From Thermoplasmatota archaeon (GTDB lineage Archaea > Thermoplasmatota > DTKX01 > DATEUP01), in NCBI GenBank assembly GCA_035283065.1, contig DATEUP010000100.1, positions 1 through 57,906 of the forward strand: a stretch of DNA of 57,906 nt, in the 5' to 3' direction. Under the pieces are notes generated by a model, which worked only from the letters and a program-made list of their open reading frames with translations, ran no database searches and had not been told where the DNA came from. Position numbers and translations under genes: made by a program. Of the stretch, positions 1 to 7,660 are shown piece by piece (position 1 is the stretch's first letter; each line of letters begins with the position of its first letter).

Positions 1-109
1 CGCAAGCCGCGACCTTGATGAGGAGCTCGCCCTCGCCGGGTGCGGGCGTCGGGACTTCCTTGACCTGGAGTTCGTGCGCGTCTTTGCTTTCAAGGACTGC
101 AGCCTTCAC
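1..109 (-). CDS. Zn-dependent alcohol dehydrogenase (MDR superfamily), 5' fragment truncated by the window edge. Candidate Had-type hydroxyacyl-CoA dehydrogenase.
   Basis: My translation of the minus strand from GTG at 107-109 gives VKAAVLESKDAHELQVKEVPTPAPGEGELLIKVAAC..., the classic MDR/ADH N-terminus. A GGGGAGG Shine-Dalgarno lies about 8 nt upstream (about 118-124). It is absent from the ORF track because it runs off the window. Confidence 0.55.
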   Translation of the reverse strand, partial: MKAAVLESKDAHELQVKEVPTPAPGEGELLIKVAAC

Positions 110-123
110 GAGTTCAACCTCCC

Positions 124-900
124 CTAGTGCCCCTTGAACACCGGGCGCCTACGCTCCGCGAAGGCCCGCAGGCCCTCGTTTGCGTCCTCAAGCGCCATGA
201 GCTCGCCAAGGTAGAGCCGCCGCAGCGACTCGAGCGCGCGCGGGTCGATGGGCGGGGCGGCTTCGCGGAGCGCCCGCTTCGCGAGCGCAAGGACGGGGCG
301 CGAGAGCTCGCCGAGCTTTGCGCAGACCTCGTCGGCCTTGGCGAAGACGTCGTCGTCGCCGAACACGTCGTTCACGAGCCCGATCTCCTTCCCGCGCGCC
401 GCGCTGAAGGTCTCGCCCAAGAACACGATCTCCGCCGTGGCGCGGACGCCAATCCTCGAGGGGTACGCCACGACGGCCGCGGGGGGGAACACGCCGACCT
501 TCACCTCGGGCTGGCCGAGCTTCGCGCCTGCGCCCGCGTACACGAGGTCGCAGCAGGCGGCAAGCTCGAGGCCCCCGCCGAGGCAATGGCCGTGGACGGC
601 CGCCACCACGGGCACGGCGGCCATGTCGACCGCGCGAAGCATCGCAACAAAGGCGTCCATCATGTCGCCGGCCTTGTCGGCCGTGTGGTCGGCCATGTCG
701 ACGCCGGCCGAGAAGGCCCGGCCCGCGCCGCGGATCTGGATCCCGTTCACGGCCCGGTCCACCGAAGCCCGCTCGACCTCGCGCGCAAGCTCGCGCATCA
801 TCGCGGTCGAAAGCACGTTGAGCGGCGGCCGGTCAAGGACGAGGGTCGCAAACCCCCTGCCGTCCGTGCGTCGCACGGTCGTTGGCCCCTCGTCGCTCAA
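124..900 (-). CDS. Enoyl-CoA hydratase/isomerase (crotonase) family protein. Candidate dienoyl-CoA hydratase (Dch-like).
   Basis: 258 aa. Crotonase signatures are LDRPPLNVL, GAGRAFSAGVDMADHT and HGHCLGGGLELAACCD. The TTG start overlaps the stop of the upstream ATPase gene (TTGA at 897-900), so it is co-transcribed with the bcr-like genes. Confidence 0.85.
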   Translation of the reverse strand: MSDEGPTTVRRTDGRGFATLVLDRPPLNVLSTAMMRELAREVERASVDRAVNGIQIRGAGRAFSAGVDMADHTADKAGDMMDAFVAMLRAVDMAAVPVVAAVHGHCLGGGLELAACCDLVYAGAGAKLGQPEVKVGVFPPAAVVAYPSRIGVRATAEIVFLGETFSAARGKEIGLVNDVFGDDDVFAKADEVCAKLGELSRPVLALAKRALREAAPPIDPRALESLRRLYLGELMALEDANEGLRAFAERRRPVFKGH

Positions 901-1721
901 GCGGCCGCCCCCGCGCGGTGAAATGCCTCGACCTCTCTCCGCCGGTTGAGCCGCACCCGCCCGAGCAGGGCCGCGCCGAAGGCGCCGGCATAGGTCGACT
1001 CCCCGCTCCTTGCGATCGGGAGCCCAAGGCGCGAGGAGAGAGCGGCGACCGTGCCCCCGTTCTGGGCCACACCGCCTGTTATCACGACGGGGGCGTTTGC
1101 GCCCACCTGCCGCGCCAGCGCCACGACGCGGTCGGCAATCGAGTGGTTCGCCCCCATCACGATGTCATCGATCGGGCGCCCCTCCGTCACGAGGTTGATG
1201 ATCTCGGACTCTGCAAGCACCGCGCAGATCGAGGAGATCGGCTGCGCCTCCTTCGAGCCTGCCGCGGCCGCCTCGAGCTGCGACACGTCGAGCTCGAGGG
1301 CCTTGGCTACCCTTTCGAGGAACCGGCCCGCGCCCGCGGCGCACCTTTCGCTCATCTTGAACTTGAGGACGCGCCCCGCCTCGTCCACGGAAATGGCCCG
1401 CGTGTTCTGCGCCCCCACATCAATCACCGTGCGCGTCCCCGGGAAGAGCGCGCAGGCTCCCCTCGCGTGGCAGGTGATCTCCGTGATCTGGATGTCCCGC
1501 TTGGCGAACTGGTACCGCCCGTACCCCGTCGCCGCGATGTACTCCAGGTCCTTCTCGCTTAGCCCCACCGCGGCAAGCGCTTCCGCAAGCGCCCTTTCGC
1601 CCGCGCCGTTGAGGTCCGAGCCCGAGCGCACGAGCGCGTGCGCCTTCAGCGCCCCCGACTCGTCGATGAGCACGGCCTTCGTCGAGACCGCCCCGATGTC
1701 CACCCCTGCGATGTACCGCAT
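897..1721 (-). CDS. BcrAD/BadFG/HgdC-family ATPase subunit (benzoyl-CoA reductase or 2-hydroxyacyl-CoA dehydratase activator type), second copy.
   Basis: 274 aa. It has the ASKHA phosphate-1 motif AGVDIGAVSTKAV and two conserved Cys contexts, MSERCAAGAGRFLE and ISSICAVLAESE, which are cluster ligands in this family. It starts 3 nt after the stop of the preceding paralog. Confidence 0.85.
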   Translation of the reverse strand: MRYIAGVDIGAVSTKAVLIDESGALKAHALVRSGSDLNGAGERALAEALAAVGLSEKDLEYIAATGYGRYQFAKRDIQITEITCHARGACALFPGTRTVIDVGAQNTRAISVDEAGRVLKFKMSERCAAGAGRFLERVAKALELDVSQLEAAAAGSKEAQPISSICAVLAESEIINLVTEGRPIDDIVMGANHSIADRVVALARQVGANAPVVITGGVAQNGGTVAALSSRLGLPIARSGESTYAGAFGAALLGRVRLNRRREVEAFHRAGAAA

Positions 1722-1724
1722 CTC

Positions 1725-2564
1725 TCAGTGCCCCCTCAGCATCGGCAGTTCGCCCGGCGGCGCTCTCGGTGAGGGCGCCCCTTGCGCCCGCTCGAGCGCG
1801 AAGATCGCCGCCCCGATGCACCCCAAGTACTGCGACAGCGGGCTCACGTTGATCTTTTGTCCGAGGCGCTCCTCGAGCGCCGTCACCATCCCCGGGTTCC
1901 TCGACACCCCGCCCGTGAACGTGATTTCGGGGTCCACTCCCACCCGCCGCATGAGCGCAAGGCTCCGTGCCGCAATCGCGCTATGCACGCCGCGGAGGAT
2001 GTCCTCCGTCTTCCTGCCCTTCGAGAGGTGCGACATGATCTCCTGCTCCACGAACACCGTGCAGACGTTCGTGATGCGAAGCGGCGCCTTGCTCGTGAGC
2101 GACACGGGGCCGATCTCGTCGATCGTCAGCCCCATGACGTTTGCCGCCGCGTCGAGGAAACGGCCCGTGCCCGCCGCGCACTTGTCGTTCATCGAGAAGT
2201 CCACGATCTCGCCTTCGGCCGAGATCCGGATCGCCTTCGTGTCCTGTCCGCCGATGTCGAGGATCGTCCGCGTCCCCGGGAACACGGAGATCGCGCCCCG
2301 CGCGTGGCAGGAGATCTCCGTCACCTGCGCGTTGCCAAAGGGGACCTTGTAGCGCCCGTAGCCCGTCCCCACGACGTACCCCACGTCGTGCTCCTCCAGC
2401 CCGGCCTCCTTGAGCGCCTCGGCAAAGAAGTTGCGCGCGGCGCGAACGACGTTCGCCCCCGTGGGCCCCAGGCTCTTGCCCACGAGCGTCTTGCCGTCGT
2501 CGAGGATCGCCGCCTTCGTCGTCGTGGAGCCCACGTCCACCCCTGCGTAGTACACTTCAGGCAC
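1725..2564 (-). CDS. BcrAD/BadFG/HgdC-family ATPase subunit, first copy.
   Basis: Motifs are [27 protein letters not shown] and [12 protein letters not shown]. The ORF track extends to 2705, but I place the start at GTG 2562-2564 ([12 protein letters not shown]), which overlaps the BcrB-like stop by 8 nt. The longer version would overlap the upstream gene by about 150 nt. Confidence 0.85.
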   Translation of the reverse strand: MPEVYYAGVDVGSTTTKAAILDDGKTLVGKSLGPTGANVVRAARNFFAEALKEAGLEEHDVGYVVGTGYGRYKVPFGNAQVTEISCHARGAISVFPGTRTILDIGGQDTKAIRISAEGEIVDFSMNDKCAAGTGRFLDAAANVMGLTIDEIGPVSLTSKAPLRITNVCTVFVEQEIMSHLSKGRKTEDILRGVHSAIAARSLALMRRVGVDPEITFTGGVSRNPGMVTALEERLGQKINVSPLSQYLGCIGAAIFALERAQGAPSPRAPPGELPMLRGH

Positions 2565-3834
2565 CCCCCTTTGCCGTGAGCTTGCGGTGCTCGAGCGCCT
2601 CGAAGAACGCGTCAATCCGGTTGCGCAGCTGGGCCTCCTGGAAGTAGCGCGGGTCGGCAAGGTCCGACTCGACAAGCAGCGTGGGGATGTTCTTCTCCCG
2701 GACAAACTTGTCCCGGAAGTCCCCCTGGCCCACGGAGAAGGACCTGCAGCTCTTCACGCTGTGGATCACCACGGCGTCGGCCTTGAAGTGCTTCACGTAG
2801 TCCTCAATCAGCTTCGCGCGCTTGTCGAGCGACCAGTTCGTGTAGCACTGGAGCGAGTACTCGGCAAGCGACTCGATGGGCCTCGACGGGTCGTGGCGCA
2901 GCCCCGTGTCAAAGAGGCCCCCGACCTTCGGGTACGTTGCGGCCGTCGCGACCACGCCCCACCGCTTGAAGAGTTCCCAGAAGGCGCGGAAGTGCGGCCA
3001 AGGGGGGGGCCCTTCCATCACCACGCGGAAGCGCTCCTTCTCGACGGGGCCGATCCCGCGCTCTTTTCGCTCCGCGATCTCGCGCAGCACCGCATCGTAG
3101 TAGTCGACACACTCCTTCGTCCCGCGGAAGATGTTGATCCCGGCCATGAAGAAGACCGCCTCGAAGTACGCGTCGATCGGCGAGGGCACGTTCGCGGCCT
3201 CCTCGAGCACCTCGCACCAGCGGTCCTCCGCCTTCCTCGAAAGTTCGAGGATCCGCGAGAGCTCCGCCTTGTCAAACGCCTTGCCCGTGATCTTCTCACA
3301 CGTCGCGACAAGGTCGTGCAGCTGGCTTACCGTGTAGTCGAGGTCCTCCTTGGGCACCGCCGCGTCGCGAACGTAGGGCACGTCGAGCATGACGAGCGGC
3401 ACGTCGTAGAACTCGGAGAGCGCCTCGAACCACTTGATGTAGGTGTTGCACCCGGAGAAGTTGCACACAAGCAGGTCGGGCCTCGGCAGGTTTCCCATCG
3501 GGCTCTTGTTGTTCTGGATCACGAGCCCGATGTCGTTCTTCACATAGCCGCACACGTCGGAGGAGTACCCTTTGTCCTCCGCCTTCAGGATCAGGGGGCC
3601 CGCCGCCTTCTTGATCCCGCACTGGAGCGCGTTGATCTCGGGGTAGAGGACGAGGAAGCCAAAGGCGCGGAAGAGTTCTTGGATGTTCCCCGAGATGAAG
3701 AGGTAGGCGACCGGCGTCTTCGTCTCCTTCGCATGCGCCAGGGCGTCGTACTCCTGCCCCATCATCTTGCGCTGGAGGTTCTTCCCCGCGTCCTGGTACT
3801 TGAAAGGCGATTCCCCTGGCGGCTGGATCATCAT
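2557..3834 (-). CDS. bcrB: Benzoyl-CoA reductase subunit B / 2-hydroxyacyl-CoA dehydratase beta-type subunit (BcrB/BadE/BzdO/HgdB family).
   Basis: 425 aa. It resembles the HgdB/BcrB family ([30 protein letters not shown], a C-terminal RIDAFFEAL helix). An AAGGAGGGAGGG SD lies just upstream, 20 nt after the BcrC-like stop. Confidence 0.8.
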   Translation of the reverse strand: MMIQPPGESPFKYQDAGKNLQRKMMGQEYDALAHAKETKTPVAYLFISGNIQELFRAFGFLVLYPEINALQCGIKKAAGPLILKAEDKGYSSDVCGYVKNDIGLVIQNNKSPMGNLPRPDLLVCNFSGCNTYIKWFEALSEFYDVPLVMLDVPYVRDAAVPKEDLDYTVSQLHDLVATCEKITGKAFDKAELSRILELSRKAEDRWCEVLEEAANVPSPIDAYFEAVFFMAGINIFRGTKECVDYYDAVLREIAERKERGIGPVEKERFRVVMEGPPPWPHFRAFWELFKRWGVVATAATYPKVGGLFDTGLRHDPSRPIESLAEYSLQCYTNWSLDKRAKLIEDYVKHFKADAVVIHSVKSCRSFSVGQGDFRDKFVREKNIPTLLVESDLADPRYFQEAQLRNRIDAFFEALEHRKLTAKGGA

Positions 3835-3854
3835 GTTCCCTCCCTCCTTGGGTT

Positions 3855-5030
3855 TTACGCAAACAAGACCGACTCGACAAACGTCTCGACCTGCGTGCGC
3901 GCCGACTCGAAGGCGCCCATCTTCTCCTCGAACTCGACCGAGAGGTAGGGGACCTTCTCGCGCTCGAGCACCTCTTTGAAGAGCACGAAGTCGTAGAGCG
4001 CCGGCTCGCAGAACTTCGCGGAGCAGAAGATTACCCCGTTCGCCTTCGCACGCCGGACCCGCCCGACCAGCGTCTCGCTGCGCCGGCTCTGGCCTTGGTG
4101 GCGCACGCTCGTCATCGACGAGTGGTTCACATAGGCCGCTGCAAGCGCCCGCACGGGGTCGCCCCCGTTTACCTCGACCTCCTCGTTGAACCAGCGCTGG
4201 CCGAGGCAGAGGTCGTCGTCGACGATGTAGCAGCCCGACTCCTCGATCGTCTCGATGAGCTCGAGCGGCGGCTGTTCGCAGAAGGACCCTTCGAGGATCA
4301 CGCGCACAGCGTCCCGGGGCCTCGCGCGGCGGGCCTGGATCTCTTCGAGCGCGCCATCAAGGACCTTGATGTGCTCCTCCTTGGGCATCACGCACCCGAG
4401 CCTTGCAAGCACGGAGGACTCTGCCGCCGACAGGCGTTCTGGGTGGAGCGCGCGCACCTGGTAGAGCGCCCTCAAGCGCGCCCGCCCGCGGTTGTAGAGG
4501 TCGATGGAGTCGCGCAACTTCTCCGGCGTGGCTGTCTCGCCAGAGAGCGTTTCGAGACGCTTGAGTAGCCGGGCAAACTCCGCCGTGAGGTACTCGACGG
4601 CGGCCGCGTGGTTCGAGTGCTGGGGCATGTGGAGGAGTTCGGAGAGCGCCACCTGGCCGAAGTTCCGCTTCCAGACGCCCGAGAGGTTTCGGGCAACGTC
4701 GCAGATCGTCGTGAAGGTCATCCCGTCAAGGAAGTCCAGCCGGTTCGTGAGCCCGAGCTCGAGCGTCGAGCGCGAGATCGAGCAGACGAAGGACTGCATC
4801 CTTGAGTCCGCGTGGTCGATCTCGACTCGCGTGCCGCCGCCCATGATGCCGACCGGAAGCATCCCCGCCGCGTGGATGAGCTCCGCGGGCGGGAACACGG
4901 GGAAATAGCCGACGGCCTTTCGGCCGGTCTTCGCCTTCCACTCGCGTACCGACGGGAATGTGGGGTCGGTCGCCAGGTCTGCGAACCTCTCGACGAAGGG
5001 TGCTTTCGACACGCGCCCGCCTCCGGCCAC
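3855..5030 (-). CDS. bcrC: Benzoyl-CoA reductase subunit C-type (BcrC/BadD/BzdN family).
   Basis: 391 aa and the same dehydratase-component fold family (FCSAKFCEPALYDFVLFKEVLEREKVPYLSVEFEEK). It is the first gene of the operon. GTG starts are possible at 5030 or 5012. A TATA-like element plus a palindrome lie 20-35 nt upstream. Confidence 0.8.
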   Translation of the reverse strand: MAGGGRVSKAPFVERFADLATDPTFPSVREWKAKTGRKAVGYFPVFPPAELIHAAGMLPVGIMGGGTRVEIDHADSRMQSFVCSISRSTLELGLTNRLDFLDGMTFTTICDVARNLSGVWKRNFGQVALSELLHMPQHSNHAAAVEYLTAEFARLLKRLETLSGETATPEKLRDSIDLYNRGRARLRALYQVRALHPERLSAAESSVLARLGCVMPKEEHIKVLDGALEEIQARRARPRDAVRVILEGSFCEQPPLELIETIEESGCYIVDDDLCLGQRWFNEEVEVNGGDPVRALAAAYVNHSSMTSVRHQGQSRRSETLVGRVRRAKANGVIFCSAKFCEPALYDFVLFKEVLEREKVPYLSVEFEEKMGAFESARTQVETFVESVLFA

Positions 5031-5043
5031 AAGGCCGTGGTAA

Positions 5044-5067
5044 CCACAATGTAGCTACAATATAACC
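5044..5067 (-). promoter_or_regulatory. Putative promoter/operator of the bcr-like operon: TATA-like TTATAT followed by the perfect palindrome TGTAGCTACA.
   Basis: The minus strand reads GGTTATATTGTAGCTACATTGTGG. This is an AT-rich island in GC-rich DNA. The TATA-like element lies about 30 nt upstream of the bcrC-like GTG at 5030. The 20-mer 5046-5065 matches 5741-5760 at 17/20 positions. Confidence 0.5.
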
Positions 5068-5108
5068 TATCGGCATTTACAGCCGGGCTTCCCTGAAGGC
5101 CGGCCAGG

Positions 5109-5558
5109 TCAAGGCGAGCTTTCGAGCAGGACGGCATCCCCGCGCCTGAACCCCAACGTGGCGAAGTACGAGACCATCTCGCCCGCGTCCCAGGGGACGA
5201 GCGTCTTCACGCGGCGAACACCGCGCTTGCGCAGGCGCCGCAGCGCCTCCGCTCCAAGCGCGTGGCCGAGGCCCTGCCCCTGGAACTCGGGGTCCACGCC
5301 GACGACCTCGATCCAGCCGACCGGCTCCTTCTCCCCGAACTCCACGGTGCGCACTTCCGCCACGAGGAAACCCCCGAGGCGGTCCCCCACGGGGGCCGCG
5401 AGGCAGATGCTCGAGCTGCCGGCCTTCAGGCGAGCCCGCAGGTTCCGCTCGAGCCCCGTGCGCCCGCGGGTGCGCGTCACCCGCCGCTCGAGCGCCACCG
5501 CCAAGGGCACGTCGCGCGCGGCCATCGCCCGCACCTTGACCTTGCCGCGCCTTGGCAC
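5109..5558 (-). CDS. GNAT-family N-acetyltransferase.
   Basis: 149 aa. It has the acetyl-CoA-binding motif VGVDPEFQGQGLGHALGAEALRRL and ends YFATLGFRR. GTG start at 5558, with a G-rich SD 12 nt after the stop of the small upstream gene. Confidence 0.8.
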   Translation of the reverse strand: MPRRGKVKVRAMAARDVPLAVALERRVTRTRGRTGLERNLRARLKAGSSSICLAAPVGDRLGGFLVAEVRTVEFGEKEPVGWIEVVGVDPEFQGQGLGHALGAEALRRLRKRGVRRVKTLVPWDAGEMVSYFATLGFRRGDAVLLESSP

Positions 5559-5570
5559 TCTCTTCCCCCC

Positions 5571-5717
5571 TTAGTCGATCCGCACGATCTTCACGCGCTT
5601 GCCGATCCAGTCCGGCGGCAGGTAGATCCGCCCGGAGTTGCCCGAGGGCTTCACGACCTTCTCCACCATCTCGTGACCTTCCACGATGAACTGCGCCTTC
5701 GACGGTGACCGCGCCAT
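5571..5717 (-). CDS. Small AbrB/SpoVT-like (DUF2080-like) DNA-binding protein, 48 aa.
   Basis: My translation gives MARSPSKAQFIVEGHEMVEKVVKPSGNSGRIYLPPDWIGKRVKIVRID. The core GNSGRIYLP..W.GK.V is the swapped-hairpin AbrB/SpoVT signature that I associate with the DUF2080 family. It is too short for the ORF track. Confidence 0.55.
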   Translation of the reverse strand: MARSPSKAQFIVEGHEMVEKVVKPSGNSGRIYLPPDWIGKRVKIVRID

Positions 5718-5737
5718 GTTCCGCTCGCCCGGCTTGC

Positions 5738-5764
5738 GCTACAATGTGGCTACAGGATAAAAGC
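5738..5764 (-). promoter_or_regulatory. Second copy of the TATA + TGTAGCYACATTGT promoter/operator motif.
   Basis: The minus strand reads GCTTTTATCCTGTAGCCACATTGTAGC, 21-47 nt upstream of the ATG of the 48-aa gene. It has the same orientation and architecture as 5044-5067. Confidence 0.45.
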
Positions 5765-5844
5765 TCGGCTGCGGGCGCCTGCGGGAGGTATTTACGCGAG
5801 GCTAATGATGCGGCCGGGACACATCGGCACGGAGGCCCTGAAGC

Positions 5845-6804
5845 GTGGCGCGCGACCTAAAACCCCAGGATGCGGGGTCCTTTGGCTTCGAGGACATTCT
5901 CTATTCGAAGGCGGACTGGGTCGCGACGGTGACCTTCAACCGGCCGCGCGTGTACAACTCCTACCGGACCCAGACGCTCATCGAGCTCCGCGAGGCCTTC
6001 CGCGACGCGACGGTTGACGACGCCGTCGCCGTAATCGTCCTGACGGGCGCCGGGGACAAGGCGTTCTGCACCGGCGGCGACGTGAAGGAATACGCGGAGG
6101 TCTACACGCGGCGGCCCTCTGAGTACTGGAAGTACATGAACGAGTTCGTGGCCGCCCACGACGTCCTGCGCGGCTGCGGCAAGGCGACGATCGCGCGCGT
6201 GAACGGCGTCGTGGCTGGCGGCGGCAATGAGTTCCACATGGCCTGCGACCTGTCGGTGGCCGCCGACCACGCGGAGTTCCTCCAGGTCGGCACGAAGGTC
6301 GGTTCCGTGGCCGCCGGCGGCGCCACGCAGTGGCTCCCCCTACTCATCGGCGACCGGCGCGCGCGCGAGATGCTGCTCCTTTGCGAGAAGGTCGACGCGA
6401 AGAAGGCGCTCGACTGGGGGCTCGTAAACCAGGTCGTCCCCGCGTCCGAACTCGACGCGGCGGTCCGCGCGCTTGCGGAGAAGCTCATCGACAAGTTCCC
6501 CGAGTCCACGCGCTACACGAAGGAGCAGGTGAACTTCTGGAAGGACCTCGCCTGGCACCAGACCGTGGGGCACGCGCGCGATTGGCTTTCCGTCCACTTC
6601 GCGACCCAGGAGCCCTTCGAGGGGATGCGCGCGTTTGTCGAGAAGCGCGAAGCGCGCCCCCGCAAGATGCGGGAAGAGCGCGCCGGCGGGGGGTCCCCCG
6701 AATACCTGTGGGGTCCTCCCGCAAAGACCTGCTCGTCCTGCCACGCCGCCGGGATCCCCGAGGGCTTTGCCTTTTGCGGGAAGTGCGGCGCCAAGCTCGG
6801 ATGA
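5845..6804 (+). CDS. MenB/BadI/Oah-like crotonase (candidate ring-opening ketoacyl-CoA hydrolase) with a C-terminal zinc-ribbon extension.
   Basis: 319 aa. FEDILYSKADWVATVTFNRPRVYNSY...VLTGAGDKAFCTGGDVKEY closely follows the MenB/BadI-type N-terminus. The last about 26 aa, CSSCHAAGIPEGFAFCGKCGAKL, form a CxxC...CxxC ribbon. GTG start. Confidence 0.8.
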   Translation: MARDLKPQDAGSFGFEDILYSKADWVATVTFNRPRVYNSYRTQTLIELREAFRDATVDDAVAVIVLTGAGDKAFCTGGDVKEYAEVYTRRPSEYWKYMNEFVAAHDVLRGCGKATIARVNGVVAGGGNEFHMACDLSVAADHAEFLQVGTKVGSVAAGGATQWLPLLIGDRRAREMLLLCEKVDAKKALDWGLVNQVVPASELDAAVRALAEKLIDKFPESTRYTKEQVNFWKDLAWHQTVGHARDWLSVHFATQEPFEGMRAFVEKREARPRKMREERAGGGSPEYLWGPPAKTCSSCHAAGIPEGFAFCGKCGAKLG

Positions 6805-7565
6805 CCGGGGGCCTTACTCTGGGCGAATTCAAGGGCAAGGCCGCGTTTGTGACGGGCGGCTCGTCGGGGATCGGCGCCGCGATCTGCCGCGCGTTTGCGC
6901 GCGAGGGGGCCAATGTGGGCCTCACGACCTTCGGCCCGCGGGGCGACGTGCGCGCGGTTCTCAGAGACATCAAGGCGGCTGGCGCGACCGCCTGGGCCGA
7001 CGAGGTGGACGTGGCGGATTACCGAGCGGCGAGCCGGACCCTCGAGGCCGCGCAGGACGCCCTCGGCCGCCTCGACATCGTCGTCGCCAACGCGGGGATC
7101 AACCTCGACCACACGATCCTCAAGATGCGCGAGGATGAGTTCGACCGCGTGGTCGCTGTGAACCTCAAGGGGTGCTTCAACTACCTGCGGGCGGCCGGCC
7201 TCCTGTTCAGGGAGAAGGGCGCAGGGGCGATCGTCACCGTGTCTTCGGTGAACGGCCTTCGCGGAAAGGCCGGACAGGCCAACTACGCCGCCTCGAAGGC
7301 AGGCGTCGTCTCGCTCACCCGGACGGCCGCCCTCGAATTCGCGCACTTCGGCGTGCGGGTCAACTGCGTGGCGCCGGGGTTCACACAGACGCCGATGACC
7401 GACGAGCTTCCGGCCGACGTCCGCAAGCGCGCAGTCGATGCGACGCCGGCGGGCCGGAGCGCCCGGCCCGAGGAAATCGCGGACGCCGTCCTCTTCCTCG
7501 CTTCCCCCCGCGCCTCCTTCATCACGGGCCAGGTCCTTTCCGTCGACGGCGGCCTCCTCCTCTAA
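6801..7565 (+). CDS. Short-chain dehydrogenase/reductase (FabG/BadH-like 3-oxo/3-hydroxyacyl reductase).
   Basis: 254 aa from the ATG at 6801 (ATGA overlap with the upstream stop). It has TGGSSGIGAAI (the TGxxxGIG motif), NAG and the YAASKAG catalytic Y-x3-K. The upstream part of the track ORF 6330-7565 is an out-of-frame shadow of the crotonase gene. Confidence 0.9.
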   Translation: MTGGLTLGEFKGKAAFVTGGSSGIGAAICRAFAREGANVGLTTFGPRGDVRAVLRDIKAAGATAWADEVDVADYRAASRTLEAAQDALGRLDIVVANAGINLDHTILKMREDEFDRVVAVNLKGCFNYLRAAGLLFREKGAGAIVTVSSVNGLRGKAGQANYAASKAGVVSLTRTAALEFAHFGVRVNCVAPGFTQTPMTDELPADVRKRAVDATPAGRSARPEEIADAVLFLASPRASFITGQVLSVDGGLLL

Positions 7566-7660
7566 GCTTCCCCGTCAAACTCAAATGCCCGCGCGCGGGT
7601 CAAGGGCTCCGGGGTCGCACTCGCCTGAAGACCGCCGACATCAAGGTCTGCATCCTCCGG

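Noticed and set aside
5571-5717. A possible mobile element, because I associate DUF2080-like proteins with the label 'transposon-encoded'.
   Set aside because: No transposase, integrase, terminal inverted repeats or target-site duplication is visible in the flanks. The gene is embedded in a metabolic cluster and shares a promoter motif with it.
6330-7660. The 5' extensions of the SDR ORF (from 6330) and the PurQ ORF (from 7172).
   Set aside because: Both extensions overlap well-supported upstream genes in other frames and are Arg/Pro/Gly-rich. The SDR has a clean ATGA-coupled start at 6801.
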